Below, piece by piece: positions 18,015 through 25,782 of a DNA stretch of 32,000 nucleotides. Below the pieces are notes generated by a model, which ran no database searches, had not been told where the DNA came from, and worked only from the letters and a program-made list of their open reading frames with translations. The stretch lies in contig NZ_CP030918.1 in assembly GCF_003324675.1 (NCBI RefSeq), positions 300,001 through 332,000 of the forward strand, given 5' to 3'. Both the position numbers and the translations under genes were made by a program. Source of the stretch: Paracoccus suum (GTDB lineage: Bacteria; Pseudomonadota; Alphaproteobacteria; Rhodobacterales; Rhodobacteraceae). Numbering within the stretch: the stretch's first letter is position 1; each line of letters opens with the position of its first letter.

Positions 18015-18734
18015 TTAGTCCGGAACCAGCATGTAGCCGGTCCCACGCACCGTCTGCAGGTAGCGCGGCTCTCGCGGATCGACCTCGATCTTGCGGCGCA
18101 GGCGGGTCATCTGCACGTCGATCGCCCGCTCGCTGCTCTCGCCGACATTCTCGCGCGGGGTGCGGCCCAGATCGTCGATCAGCTCGGCCCGGCTGATCGC
18201 CTCGCCGGGGGTGGCGGCGAGGCGCGCCATCAGTGCCGCCTCGGTCTGGGTCAGGCGCACCAAGGCCTCGCCGTCCCACAGTTCGCTCTTGGTGGTGTCG
18301 AACCGCAGACCGCCCAGCGCCAGATATTTCGGTCCGCGCGCCTCGACGGCGGGCATGCGGCGCAGGATTGCGGCGATCCGCAGCAGCAACTCGCGCGGCT
18401 CGAAGGGCTTGGCGAGGTAATCGTCAGCGCCCGACTCCAGCCCGGCGATGCGATGGTCGGTATCGCCTCGCGCCGTCAGCAGCAGGATCGGGGTAGTGAC
18501 ATGGCGGCGCAGGTCGCGGGTCAGCGTCAAACCGTCCTCGCCCGGCATCATCACGTCCAGCACGATCATGTCGAAATCGAGCCCGGTCAGCAGCCGGCGC
18601 GCCTGCGCGGCATCGCGCGCGCAGGTGATCAGATAGCCTGACCGGCGCAGGAACCGGGTCAGCAAATCGCGGATACGTTGGTCGTCGTCGACGACCAGAA
18701 TATGCGCCTCGACCTGGCCATCGGCGTCCTTCAT
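18015..18734 (-). CDS. OmpR/PhoB-family response regulator (PetR/CenR-like), no kinase gene adjacent
   Basis: Receiver motifs ILVVDDD, DMIVLDVMMPGEDG, LLLTARG and DDYLAKPF. C-terminal winged helix ending YLQTVRGTGYMLV. The ATG overlaps the stop of the upstream MarR gene (ATGA). Confidence 0.9.
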   Translation of the reverse strand: MKDADGQVEAHILVVDDDQRIRDLLTRFLRRSGYLITCARDAAQARRLLTGLDFDMIVLDVMMPGEDGLTLTRDLRRHVTTPILLLTARGDTDHRIAGLESGADDYLAKPFEPRELLLRIAAILRRMPAVEARGPKYLALGGLRFDTTKSELWDGEALVRLTQTEAALMARLAATPGEAISRAELIDDLGRTPRENVGESSERAIDVQMTRLRRKIEVDPREPRYLQTVRGTGYMLVPD

Positions 18735-19285
18735 GGCACGCGGGCCATCGACTGCCGCTCGGGCGGGTCGGCCAAGGCCTGGAACCGGCGCCGCGAGTCG
18801 GGGTCCATCATCGCCTCCAGCACCTGGCGAAAGCCGGCGACGGCTTGGGGGCCGGCCGTGCGAAACGCCTGGCGCATCCGCGCGCGCTGCGCCTCGGACA
18901 GCTTGCGCTCCAGCGCCTCGCCCTGCGCAGTCAGCACCAGCAGCCGCTCGCGCCGGTCACGGCGGCCGACGCGCACCTCGACCAGGCCGTCCTCGACCAA
19001 TGCGCGCAGCACCCGGTTCAGCGACTGCTTGGTAACCCCCAGCACTTCGAGCAGCGAGGAGACCCTCAGCCCGGGTTCACGATTGATGAAGTGCAGTGCG
19101 CGATGATGGGCGCGACCGTAGTCCAGTTCTTCGAGTATCGCGTCCGGATCCGAGGTGAACGCGCGATAGGCAAAGAACATCGCCTCGATCCCGCGGCGGA
19201 GTTGATCGTCCGTCAGAAACAGCAGTGCCTCGCCGCCGCCGCCCTGTGCCGCCAGCCTCACCCGATCCTGCATTTCCGCCCTCAT
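18731..19285 (-). CDS. MarR-family transcriptional regulator (PetP-like)
   Basis: Winged-HTH region VSSLLEVLGVTKQSLNRVLRALVEDGLVEVRVGRRDRRERLLVLTAQG. The start is uncertain: ATG 19285, ATG 19273 (better GAGGG Shine-Dalgarno) or the track TTG at 19291. Confidence 0.85.
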   Translation of the reverse strand: MRAEMQDRVRLAAQGGGGEALLFLTDDQLRRGIEAMFFAYRAFTSDPDAILEELDYGRAHHRALHFINREPGLRVSSLLEVLGVTKQSLNRVLRALVEDGLVEVRVGRRDRRERLLVLTAQGEALERKLSEAQRARMRQAFRTAGPQAVAGFRQVLEAMMDPDSRRRFQALADPPERQSMARVP

Positions 19286-19362
19286 CTTCAATTTCTGGTA
19301 TCAATATTATGGCAGCGTCGTTGACTTTCCAAGAATCAAACGATAGCTGGCAATCAGGTTCG

Positions 19363-19405
19363 CGCAACAATCGATCAGTCTAAAGCGATGATCCGCAACA
19401 ATCGA
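19363..19405. repeat. 12-bp direct repeat CGCAACAATCGA x2, 31 bp apart, in the MarR/ilvE intergenic region
   Basis: Read directly at 19363-19374 and 19394-19405, in an unusually AT-rich intergenic stretch. Confidence 0.8.
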
Positions 19406-19428
19406 AAAGAATGACGAGAGGATACGAC

Positions 19429-20298
19429 ATGTCGGCCCCGTTTGACGATCGTGACGGCAAGATTTGGATGGATGGGGAGATGGTGGACTGGCGCGACGCC
19501 AAAGTCCACGTTCTTACCCACGCACTGCATTATGCCTCGGCCGTTTTCGAGGGCGAGCGGTGCTATAACGGCAAGATATTCAAGTCGCGCGAGCATGCCG
19601 AGCGGCTGATCGCCAGCGCCGAGGCGCTCGACATGAAGCTGCCGTGGACCGCCGACCAGATCGTCGCCGCCAAGGAAGAAACGCTGAAGGCAAACGGGTT
19701 CGAGAATGCGTATGTCCGCGTCATCGCCTGGCGGGGCTCGGGGCCCGACATGGGCGTTGCGGCCAAGAACAACCCGGTGCGGATGGCCGTTTGCTGCTGG
19801 GAATGGGGCAACTACTACGGCGACGCCAAGTGGCAGGGCGCGAAGCTGGACATCAGCAAGTGGAAGCGGCCGAGCCCCGAGACGATCCCCAGCCATGCCA
19901 AGGCCGCCGGCCTCTACATGATCTGCACGATGTCCAAGCACGCGGCCGAGGCCAAGGGCTGCTCGGATGCGATGATGTATGACTACCGCGGCTATGTCGC
20001 CGAGGCGACCGGCGCCAACATCTTCTTCGTCAAGGACGGCGAGGTGCACACGCCGCTGGCCGACTGCTTCCTGAACGGGCTGACCCGCCAGACGGTGATC
20101 CAACTTCTGAAGGACAAGGGCGTGACGGTGCACGAGCGCCACATCATGCCGGATGAGTTGGAAAGTTTCCAGGAATGCTGGCTGACCGGCAGCGCCGCCG
20201 AGATCACCCCGGTGGGACAGATCGGCGACTGGCACTTTCAGGTCGGCCCGATGACCCGCGAGGTCAGCGACGCCTACGAGGCCCTCGTCCGCTCCTGA
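19429..20298 (+). CDS. ilvE: Branched-chain amino acid aminotransferase (class IV)
   Basis: WMDGEMVDWRDAKVHVLTHALHYASAVFEGERCY and the downstream fold-type IV motifs (KAAGLYM, EATGANIFFVKDGEVHTP, LNGLTRQ). ATG 19429 has GAGAGG upstream. The track ATG at 19411 is an alternative. Confidence 0.9.
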   Translation: MSAPFDDRDGKIWMDGEMVDWRDAKVHVLTHALHYASAVFEGERCYNGKIFKSREHAERLIASAEALDMKLPWTADQIVAAKEETLKANGFENAYVRVIAWRGSGPDMGVAAKNNPVRMAVCCWEWGNYYGDAKWQGAKLDISKWKRPSPETIPSHAKAAGLYMICTMSKHAAEAKGCSDAMMYDYRGYVAEATGANIFFVKDGEVHTPLADCFLNGLTRQTVIQLLKDKGVTVHERHIMPDELESFQECWLTGSAAEITPVGQIGDWHFQVGPMTREVSDAYEALVRS

Positions 20299-20308
20299 CA
20301 GGCACAGA

Positions 20309-20335
20309 CCGGCGCGGGTATTCTCCCCGCGCCGG
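20309..20335 (+). terminator. ilvE terminator hairpin
   Basis: CCGGCGCGGG-TATTCTC-CCCGCGCCGG, a 10-bp perfect stem 11 nt after the ilvE stop. Weak U-tract. Confidence 0.55.
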
Positions 20336-20437
20336 AATAGCTTGGTCGCGAGCATCGCACGCTCTGCCCCCTCGCGTTCGGCCGGCAGTGCCGTTTGGTG
20401 CCGTCGCAATCAGCGGGCGGCGCGCGTTCGCGCCCCG

Positions 20438-20920
20438 TCAGACCTGCGTCAGCAGCCGGTCCCCACCCGAGACCTCGAACGCGCCCGGATTCGCCTCTAG
20501 GTTCAGCACCTCGACCACACCGTCGCGCACCAACGCCGAGAACCGCTTGGAGCGACCATAGAGCCCTGCTTGCGGGGCATCGAACTCCAGCCCCATCGCG
20601 CGGGTCAAGCTGCCGTCGGCATCGGCCATGACCTCGACCCCGGCAGCCTCGGCCCCGGTCTGGCGCCCCCAGGCATCCGCGACATGCGGGTCGTTCACCG
20701 TCACGCAGATGATCCGCGAAATGCCCGCATCGCGCAGCGCGCCCGAGGCCTTCACGAAGCTCGGCATATGCGCGTTCGAGCAGGTCGAGGTGAACGCTCC
20801 CGGCACCCCGAACAGCGCGACGCGTCCCGGAATCGCCGACAGATCGACGCTTTCAATTCCGTCGGCACCCTTTTTCAGCACCGTGACTTGCGGCAGCCGG
20901 TCACCCGTCTTGATCGTCAT
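20438..20920 (-). CDS. Peroxiredoxin, Prx5/PrxD subfamily (AhpC/TSA fold)
   Basis: MTIKTGDRLPQVTV...ALFGVPGAFTSTCS (peroxidatic Cys context PGAFT.TCS), 160 aa. GAGGAGA Shine-Dalgarno upstream of ATG 20920. The track extension to 21019 is rejected. Confidence 0.9.
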   Translation of the reverse strand: MTIKTGDRLPQVTVLKKGADGIESVDLSAIPGRVALFGVPGAFTSTCSNAHMPSFVKASGALRDAGISRIICVTVNDPHVADAWGRQTGAEAAGVEVMADADGSLTRAMGLEFDAPQAGLYGRSKRFSALVRDGVVEVLNLEANPGAFEVSGGDRLLTQV

Positions 20921-21008
20921 GTTGCACTTCTCCTCAAGGGTCGTGGCGTTGCATCGCCATCGGCGCGACCGTAGGCTGCCCGGCGGTTGGCTGCCAGCGG
21001 GGGATAGG

Positions 21009-22226
21009 GTGCAGATCACGATTGCCGGTGCGGGTCAGGCCGCAGCAGCCATGGCGGCAAAGCTGCGCGCGCTGGGTCATCAGGACGAGATCGTGGTCAT
21101 CGGCAACGAACCCGCCGCGCCCTACCAGCGCCCGCCCCTGTCCAAGGCCTATCTGCTGGGCGAGATGCCGCTGGACCGACTGATGCTGCGCGGCACCGAA
21201 TGGTGGGCGGATAACCGCATCACGCTGCGCACCGGCTGCCCCGTGACTGCCATCGACCCGGCTGCCCACGTCGTTGAAACCGAGGGCGGGCTGCAATCCT
21301 ATGACGTGCTGGCGCTATGCCTTGGCGCGGCGCCGCGGCGCCTGCCTTCGGCGATCGGGGGCGATCTGCCCGGCGTTCATGTCGTGCGCAGCCTTGCCGA
21401 TATCGACGGCCTCATCCCGTCTCTCGGTCCCGGCCGGCGTCTGGTGGTCATCGGCGGCGGCTACATCGGACTCGAGGCCGCGGCCGTCGCCCGAAAGCTG
21501 GGCCTGCAGGTCACGGTGGTCGAGGCCGGCCCACGCATTCTCGGCCGGGTCGCCTCGCAGCCAATGGCCGGGCTGATCCGCAATCTGCACATCTCGCGCG
21601 GGGTCGAGGTGATCGAGGGGGTCGGCGTCACAGCCCTTGAGGGCGAGGCGTCCGTCGCGGCCGTCCGGCTGAGCGACGGGCGCAGTCTGCCCTGCGATCT
21701 GGTCATTTGCGGCATTGGCGTGCTGCCCGAAACCGCGCTTGCCGCGGGGGCCGGGCTTGCGCTCGACAACGGCATCGCGGTGGACGCCTTGGGCCGCACC
21801 TCGGAGCCGGCGATCTGGGCTGCGGGCGATTGTGCGAGCTTTCCCCAGAATGGCGGGCGGATGCGCCTGGAAAGCGTCGGCAATGCCATCGACATGGCCG
21901 AAGCCGTCGCAGCCAACATCATGGGCGCCGGGGCGGACTACATCGCCAAGCCCTGGTTCTGGTCCGACCAGTTTGACGCCAAGCTGCAGATCACCGGCCT
22001 CGCGACCGGGGCCGACCGCGAAATCCTGCGCGGGCACGAGGCTGGCGCGGCCGAGGCCGGGGGCGCCAGCGTCTGGTCCTTTGCCGGCGACCGGCTGCTC
22101 TGCGTTGAGGCACTGAACGACCCGCGCGCCTACATGGTCGGCAAGCGGCTGATCGACGCGGGCCGCTCGGCCGACCCGGCAGCGGTCGCCGACCCCGCGA
22201 CAGACATCAAGTCGCTGATGCGCTGA
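21009..22226 (+). CDS. NAD(P)H-dependent FAD oxidoreductase of the ferredoxin/rubredoxin-reductase type
   Basis: ITIAGAGQAAA (FAD dinucleotide fold), PYQRPPLSKAYL, VVIGGGYIGLEAAA (NAD fold), WAAGDCA and WFWSDQFDAKLQITG. GTG 21009 is the first plausible start. Track ORF 20628.. runs antisense through the peroxiredoxin gene. Confidence 0.85.
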   Translation: MQITIAGAGQAAAAMAAKLRALGHQDEIVVIGNEPAAPYQRPPLSKAYLLGEMPLDRLMLRGTEWWADNRITLRTGCPVTAIDPAAHVVETEGGLQSYDVLALCLGAAPRRLPSAIGGDLPGVHVVRSLADIDGLIPSLGPGRRLVVIGGGYIGLEAAAVARKLGLQVTVVEAGPRILGRVASQPMAGLIRNLHISRGVEVIEGVGVTALEGEASVAAVRLSDGRSLPCDLVICGIGVLPETALAAGAGLALDNGIAVDALGRTSEPAIWAAGDCASFPQNGGRMRLESVGNAIDMAEAVAANIMGAGADYIAKPWFWSDQFDAKLQITGLATGADREILRGHEAGAAEAGGASVWSFAGDRLLCVEALNDPRAYMVGKRLIDAGRSADPAAVADPATDIKSLMR

Positions 22227-22255
22227 TGTTTGGCTGCGACGTTTTTGGGGACAGC

Positions 22256-22282
22256 GCGGGCCAGCGGCGGACGGCCCGCTTT
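22256..22282 (+). terminator. Possible terminator after the reductase gene
   Basis: GCGGGCC...GGCCCGC stem followed by TTT, 30 nt after the stop. Loop of ~10 nt. Weak. Confidence 0.35.
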
Positions 22283-22380
22283 CGGCCGAGCGTTCGCGCA
22301 TCGCAAATGGTCGCCAACTCCAAGCCTGCGACACCGCTGCGTGGGCCCGGGGCAAATCTCCCCGCGAGAGGCCGCAGCTG

Positions 22381-22953
22381 ATGCGGATCGTCGGCGGCCG
22401 GATGCGGGGCCTCAAGCTGGCAGAGGTCGGCGCGGGCGATCCCGCCGCCCATCTGCGCCCCACCTCCGACCGGGTGCGCGAGGCGATCTTCAACCTGCTG
22501 GTCAACGGCGGGCATGGCAATCCGCTGGCCGGGGCGCGGGTCCTCGACCTGTTCGCAGGGACCGGCGCCATGGCGCTCGAGGCGCTGTCGCGCGGCGCGA
22601 GCGAGGCCACGCTGGTCGAAAGCGGTCGCGCGGCGCAGGCGCTGATCCGGCGCAACCTGACCCTCGCGCGCGCCGAGGACTGCGCCACGCTGCTGCCCCG
22701 CGACGCAACCCGCCTGCCGCCCTGCACGGGCCCCGGCTTCGACCTGGTTTTCCTCGACCCGCCCTACGCCCGTTCGATGGGCGAGGCGACGATTGGCAGC
22801 GCAGTCGCCGGTCACTGGATCGCCGACAATGCCTTGATCGTCTGGGAGGAATCGGTCGCACCTGCGATACCCGCCGCCCTGAGGCAGATCGACCAACGCC
22901 GCTATGGCGATACGCTCGTGACGCTTGCCCGATATAATCCGGCGAATGACTGA
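22381..22953 (+). CDS. rsmD: 16S rRNA (guanine966-N2)-methyltransferase
   Basis: MRIVGG..RG..L......LRPTSDRVREAIFN, LDLFAGTGAMALEALSRGA and VFLDPPY. Confidence 0.88.
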   Translation: MRIVGGRMRGLKLAEVGAGDPAAHLRPTSDRVREAIFNLLVNGGHGNPLAGARVLDLFAGTGAMALEALSRGASEATLVESGRAAQALIRRNLTLARAEDCATLLPRDATRLPPCTGPGFDLVFLDPPYARSMGEATIGSAVAGHWIADNALIVWEESVAPAIPAALRQIDQRRYGDTLVTLARYNPAND

Positions 22954-23027
22954 TACACGGCCCCGCGCGGCCGATAGAACAACAAGCCGCCCTTGCCCTC
23001 TCCTCAACCGATCGCTTTGATGCCGCC

Positions 23028-23996
23028 ATGCTGAACGCCACCCCACGCGATTTTCCCTTCGACGGCGTTTTCGCCATCAGCCGCAATGCCCGCACCCATG
23101 TCACCGTGGTCGAGGTCACCGTCACCGCAGAGGGCGTCACCGGCCACGGCGAGTGCGTGCCCTATGGCCGCTATGGCGAGACGGTGGGCAGCGTGCTGGC
23201 CCAGATCGCCAGCCTTCCCGAGGGCATCACTCGGGACGAGTTGCAACACCGTCTGCCGCCCGGCGCAGCGCGCAACGGCGTCGATTGCGCGCTGTGGGAT
23301 TGGGAGGCAAAGCGCGCCGCGACCCCCGTCTGGCGCCTCGCGGGTCTTGCAAAGCCGGGGCCGATGCCGACCGCCTTTACCCTGTCGCTGGCCAATCCCG
23401 AGGCCATGGGCGCCAGCGCCGCTGCCCATGCCCATATGCCGCTGCTGAAGATCAAGCTGGGCGGCGAGGCGGCGGTCGATCTGGACCGGCTGCGCGCGGT
23501 TCGCGCCGGCGCCCCAGACGCGCGCCTGATTGTCGATGCGAACGAGGGTTGGGATGCCGCGACATATGCCGAACTCGGCCCGCAACTGGCCGCTCTCGGC
23601 GTCGCACTGATCGAACAGCCCCTGCCTGCGGGCGATGACGAGGCGCTGCGCCATTTGCCGCGCCCGGTGCCGCTCTGCGCCGATGAAAGCTGCCATGATC
23701 GCCCCAGCCTGCCGGGGCTGGTCGGGAAATATGACGCGGTGAACATCAAGCTGGACAAGACCGGCGGCCTGACCGAGGCGCTGGCGCTGCGGCAGGCCGC
23801 GCGGGACGCCGGCTTTGGCATCATGGTCGGCTGCATGGCCGCCTCCAGCCTTGCCATGGCGCCGGCGCTGTTGGTCGCCCAGGGCGCCGATTTCACCGAC
23901 CTTGACGGCCCGCTGCTGTTGGCCGAAGACCGCGCGCACCCGGTCCGCTACGACGCCCAAGGCGCGCATCCAGCCGACCCGCAGCTTTGGGGATGA
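23028..23996 (+). CDS. Enolase-superfamily dipeptide/N-acyl amino acid epimerase (L-Ala-D/L-Glu epimerase YcjG-like or N-acetyl-D-Glu racemase DgcA-like)
   Basis: FAISRNARTHVTVVEVTV..GVTGHGECVPYGRYGETVGSVLAQI closely parallels my memory of the E. coli YcjG N-terminus. Metal and acid/base motifs LKIKLG, IVDANEGW, LIEQPLP, ADES and NIKLDKTGG are present. Confidence 0.85.
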   Translation: MLNATPRDFPFDGVFAISRNARTHVTVVEVTVTAEGVTGHGECVPYGRYGETVGSVLAQIASLPEGITRDELQHRLPPGAARNGVDCALWDWEAKRAATPVWRLAGLAKPGPMPTAFTLSLANPEAMGASAAAHAHMPLLKIKLGGEAAVDLDRLRAVRAGAPDARLIVDANEGWDAATYAELGPQLAALGVALIEQPLPAGDDEALRHLPRPVPLCADESCHDRPSLPGLVGKYDAVNIKLDKTGGLTEALALRQAARDAGFGIMVGCMAASSLAMAPALLVAQGADFTDLDGPLLLAEDRAHPVRYDAQGAHPADPQLWG

Positions 23997-23997
23997 C

Positions 23998-24858
23998 ATG
24001 ACACGAACCGTCTATCTGAACGGCGACTACCTGCCGGAAACCGAGGCCAAAGTCTCGATCTTTGACCGCGGTTTCATCATGGCCGATGCGGTTTACGAGG
24101 TGACCAGCGTCATCGACAGCAAGCTGGTCGATTTTGCCGGCCACATGGCGCGGCTCGAGCGTTCGCTCGGGGAACTGGGTATCGCCAAGCCGCTGACGAC
24201 CGACGAATGGCTGGCGGTTCATCGCGCGTTGATCGAAAAGAACGAGATTGCCGACGGCGCTGTCTATCTGCAGGTCACCCGCGGCAATGGCGGGGATCGC
24301 GACTTCGTCTATCCGCCTTCGGACACCGCCCCGACCGTGGTCGCCTACACCTGGCAAAAGCCATTGCTCGTCGACAACCCCGATGCCCAGCGCGGCTGGA
24401 CGGTGATTTCGCTGCCCGACATCCGCTGGCACCGGCGCGATATAAAGACGGTCCAGCTGCTTTATCCCAGCATGGCGAAAATGGAAGCCAAGGCCAAAGG
24501 CGCCGATGACGCTTGGCTGGTCGAGGACGGCACCGTGACCGAGGGCACCAGCAACAACGTCTATATTGTCAAGAACGGGCGCATCATCACCCGCGAGCTG
24601 TCCAAGGACATCCTGCACGGTATCACCCGCGCCGCCGTCCTGCGCTTTGCCGCCGAGGCACAGATGGAGGTTGAGGAGCGCCCCTTCACCATCGCCGAGG
24701 CGCAGGCCGCCGACGAAGCCTTCGCGACCTCGGCCTCGTCCTTCGTCATGCCGGTGGTCTCGATCGACGGCACGCCCGTCGGCACCGGCAAGCCGGGCCC
24801 CGTGGCCCGCCGCCTGCGCGAGATCTACGTCGAGGAAAGCCGCAAGGCCGCGATCTGA
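23998..24858 (+). CDS. dat: D-amino-acid aminotransferase (class IV)
   Basis: Starts 2 nt after the epimerase stop. FDRGFIMADAVYEV, YLQVTRG, catalytic-Lys region RRDIKTVQLLYPSMAKMEAKAKGADDAWLVE, and EGTSNNVYIVKNGRIIT...ILHGITR. Confidence 0.85.
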   Translation: MTRTVYLNGDYLPETEAKVSIFDRGFIMADAVYEVTSVIDSKLVDFAGHMARLERSLGELGIAKPLTTDEWLAVHRALIEKNEIADGAVYLQVTRGNGGDRDFVYPPSDTAPTVVAYTWQKPLLVDNPDAQRGWTVISLPDIRWHRRDIKTVQLLYPSMAKMEAKAKGADDAWLVEDGTVTEGTSNNVYIVKNGRIITRELSKDILHGITRAAVLRFAAEAQMEVEERPFTIAEAQAADEAFATSASSFVMPVVSIDGTPVGTGKPGPVARRLREIYVEESRKAAI

Positions 24859-24859
24859 G

Positions 24860-24908
24860 CGGGGAGCGCGGCCCTCGCGCCTTAAAGGCGGCGCGGGGAC
24901 GCTCCCCG
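24860..24908. terminator. Long GC-rich inverted repeat between convergent dat and the FGase-family gene
   Basis: CGGGGAGCG (24860-24868) pairs with CGCTCCCCG (24900-24908), with further internal pairing around CTTAAAG. Confidence 0.45.
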
Positions 24909-24922
24909 AAAGACGCGCCCCG

Positions 24923-25663
24923 CTAAAGGCCGCTTTCCAACAGCACCGCTGTCAGGACGGGGGCGAGCCGATCGGCCCATTCCTGCTGACCGGCCGGATC
25001 CCTGATCAAGTCGTTGCGCAGCTCGATCAGCACATTGGGCCGGCCCCCCTCCAGCGCGTGGCGGTCGATGGAATCGCCCTCGAGATGGCCGCTGTAGGGC
25101 TGATTGTCGCCCGTGACCCAGCCCTGCACCCGGCAGGCGGCGATCAGCGGCAGCGCCAGCCGCTCGTCGCGGTGCGAATACAGCACTCCCACCTGCCACG
25201 GGCGTGGCGGGCGGCCGCGGAGTTGCGGGGTGAAGCTGTGAATGGCGCAGATCGCTCGGGCCGGATGACGGGATGCCAACTGGGCGTAGGCCGCGTGATA
25301 GGGGCGGTGCAGCCGCTCCAGCCGCTCGGCGGTGCCTGCCTCGTCGATATCGCGGTTCGCCGGGATCACCGTGCCGTCATAAAGGCGCATGACCAGCGTC
25401 GGGTCGTCCTCGCCCCGGTTTGGGTCGATCACCAGACGCGAGAAATCCGACAGGATCGCCGGCGCGTCCAGCCGCCCCGCCAGGGCCCGCGTCAGCCCGG
25501 CCGCGCCGACATCCAGCGCGATGTGGCGGTCCATGTCCTCGGCCGCGATTCCCAGGGACCCGCCACCAACCCAGACCGGCACGCGGTTGGTGGCATGATC
25601 GCAGGTGATCAGCCAGCGCGAGGCGCCATGCGGATTCACGATATCGTAAGGTTCGTCTGTCAT
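24923..25663 (-). CDS. N-formylglutamate amidohydrolase (FGase, PF05013-like) family protein
   Basis: 246 aa from ATG 25663. ITCDHATN, SRLVIDPNR, LHRPYH, IHSFTP and NQPYSG...LIELRNDL fit my memory of the FGase family pattern. The track extension to 25768 is rejected. Confidence 0.8.
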   Translation of the reverse strand: MTDEPYDIVNPHGASRWLITCDHATNRVPVWVGGGSLGIAAEDMDRHIALDVGAAGLTRALAGRLDAPAILSDFSRLVIDPNRGEDDPTLVMRLYDGTVIPANRDIDEAGTAERLERLHRPYHAAYAQLASRHPARAICAIHSFTPQLRGRPPRPWQVGVLYSHRDERLALPLIAACRVQGWVTGDNQPYSGHLEGDSIDRHALEGGRPNVLIELRNDLIRDPAGQQEWADRLAPVLTAVLLESGL

Positions 25664-25782
25664 ATCGGGGCCGAACCTAGCCGGCCTGCGCGAAAGGCGA
25701 AAGGTGGCGTGCTGGCTGGTTGTGGGCGCCTGCCCGTGCGGGTTAGATGGCGCTGCTAGCGCAAACACAGGAAGGGCGTGTC

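Noticed and set aside
20628-21008. 5' extension of the reductase ORF (track 20628..22226)
   Set aside because: It runs antisense through the Prx5 gene. The FAD-binding GxGxxA fold starts right after GTG 21009.
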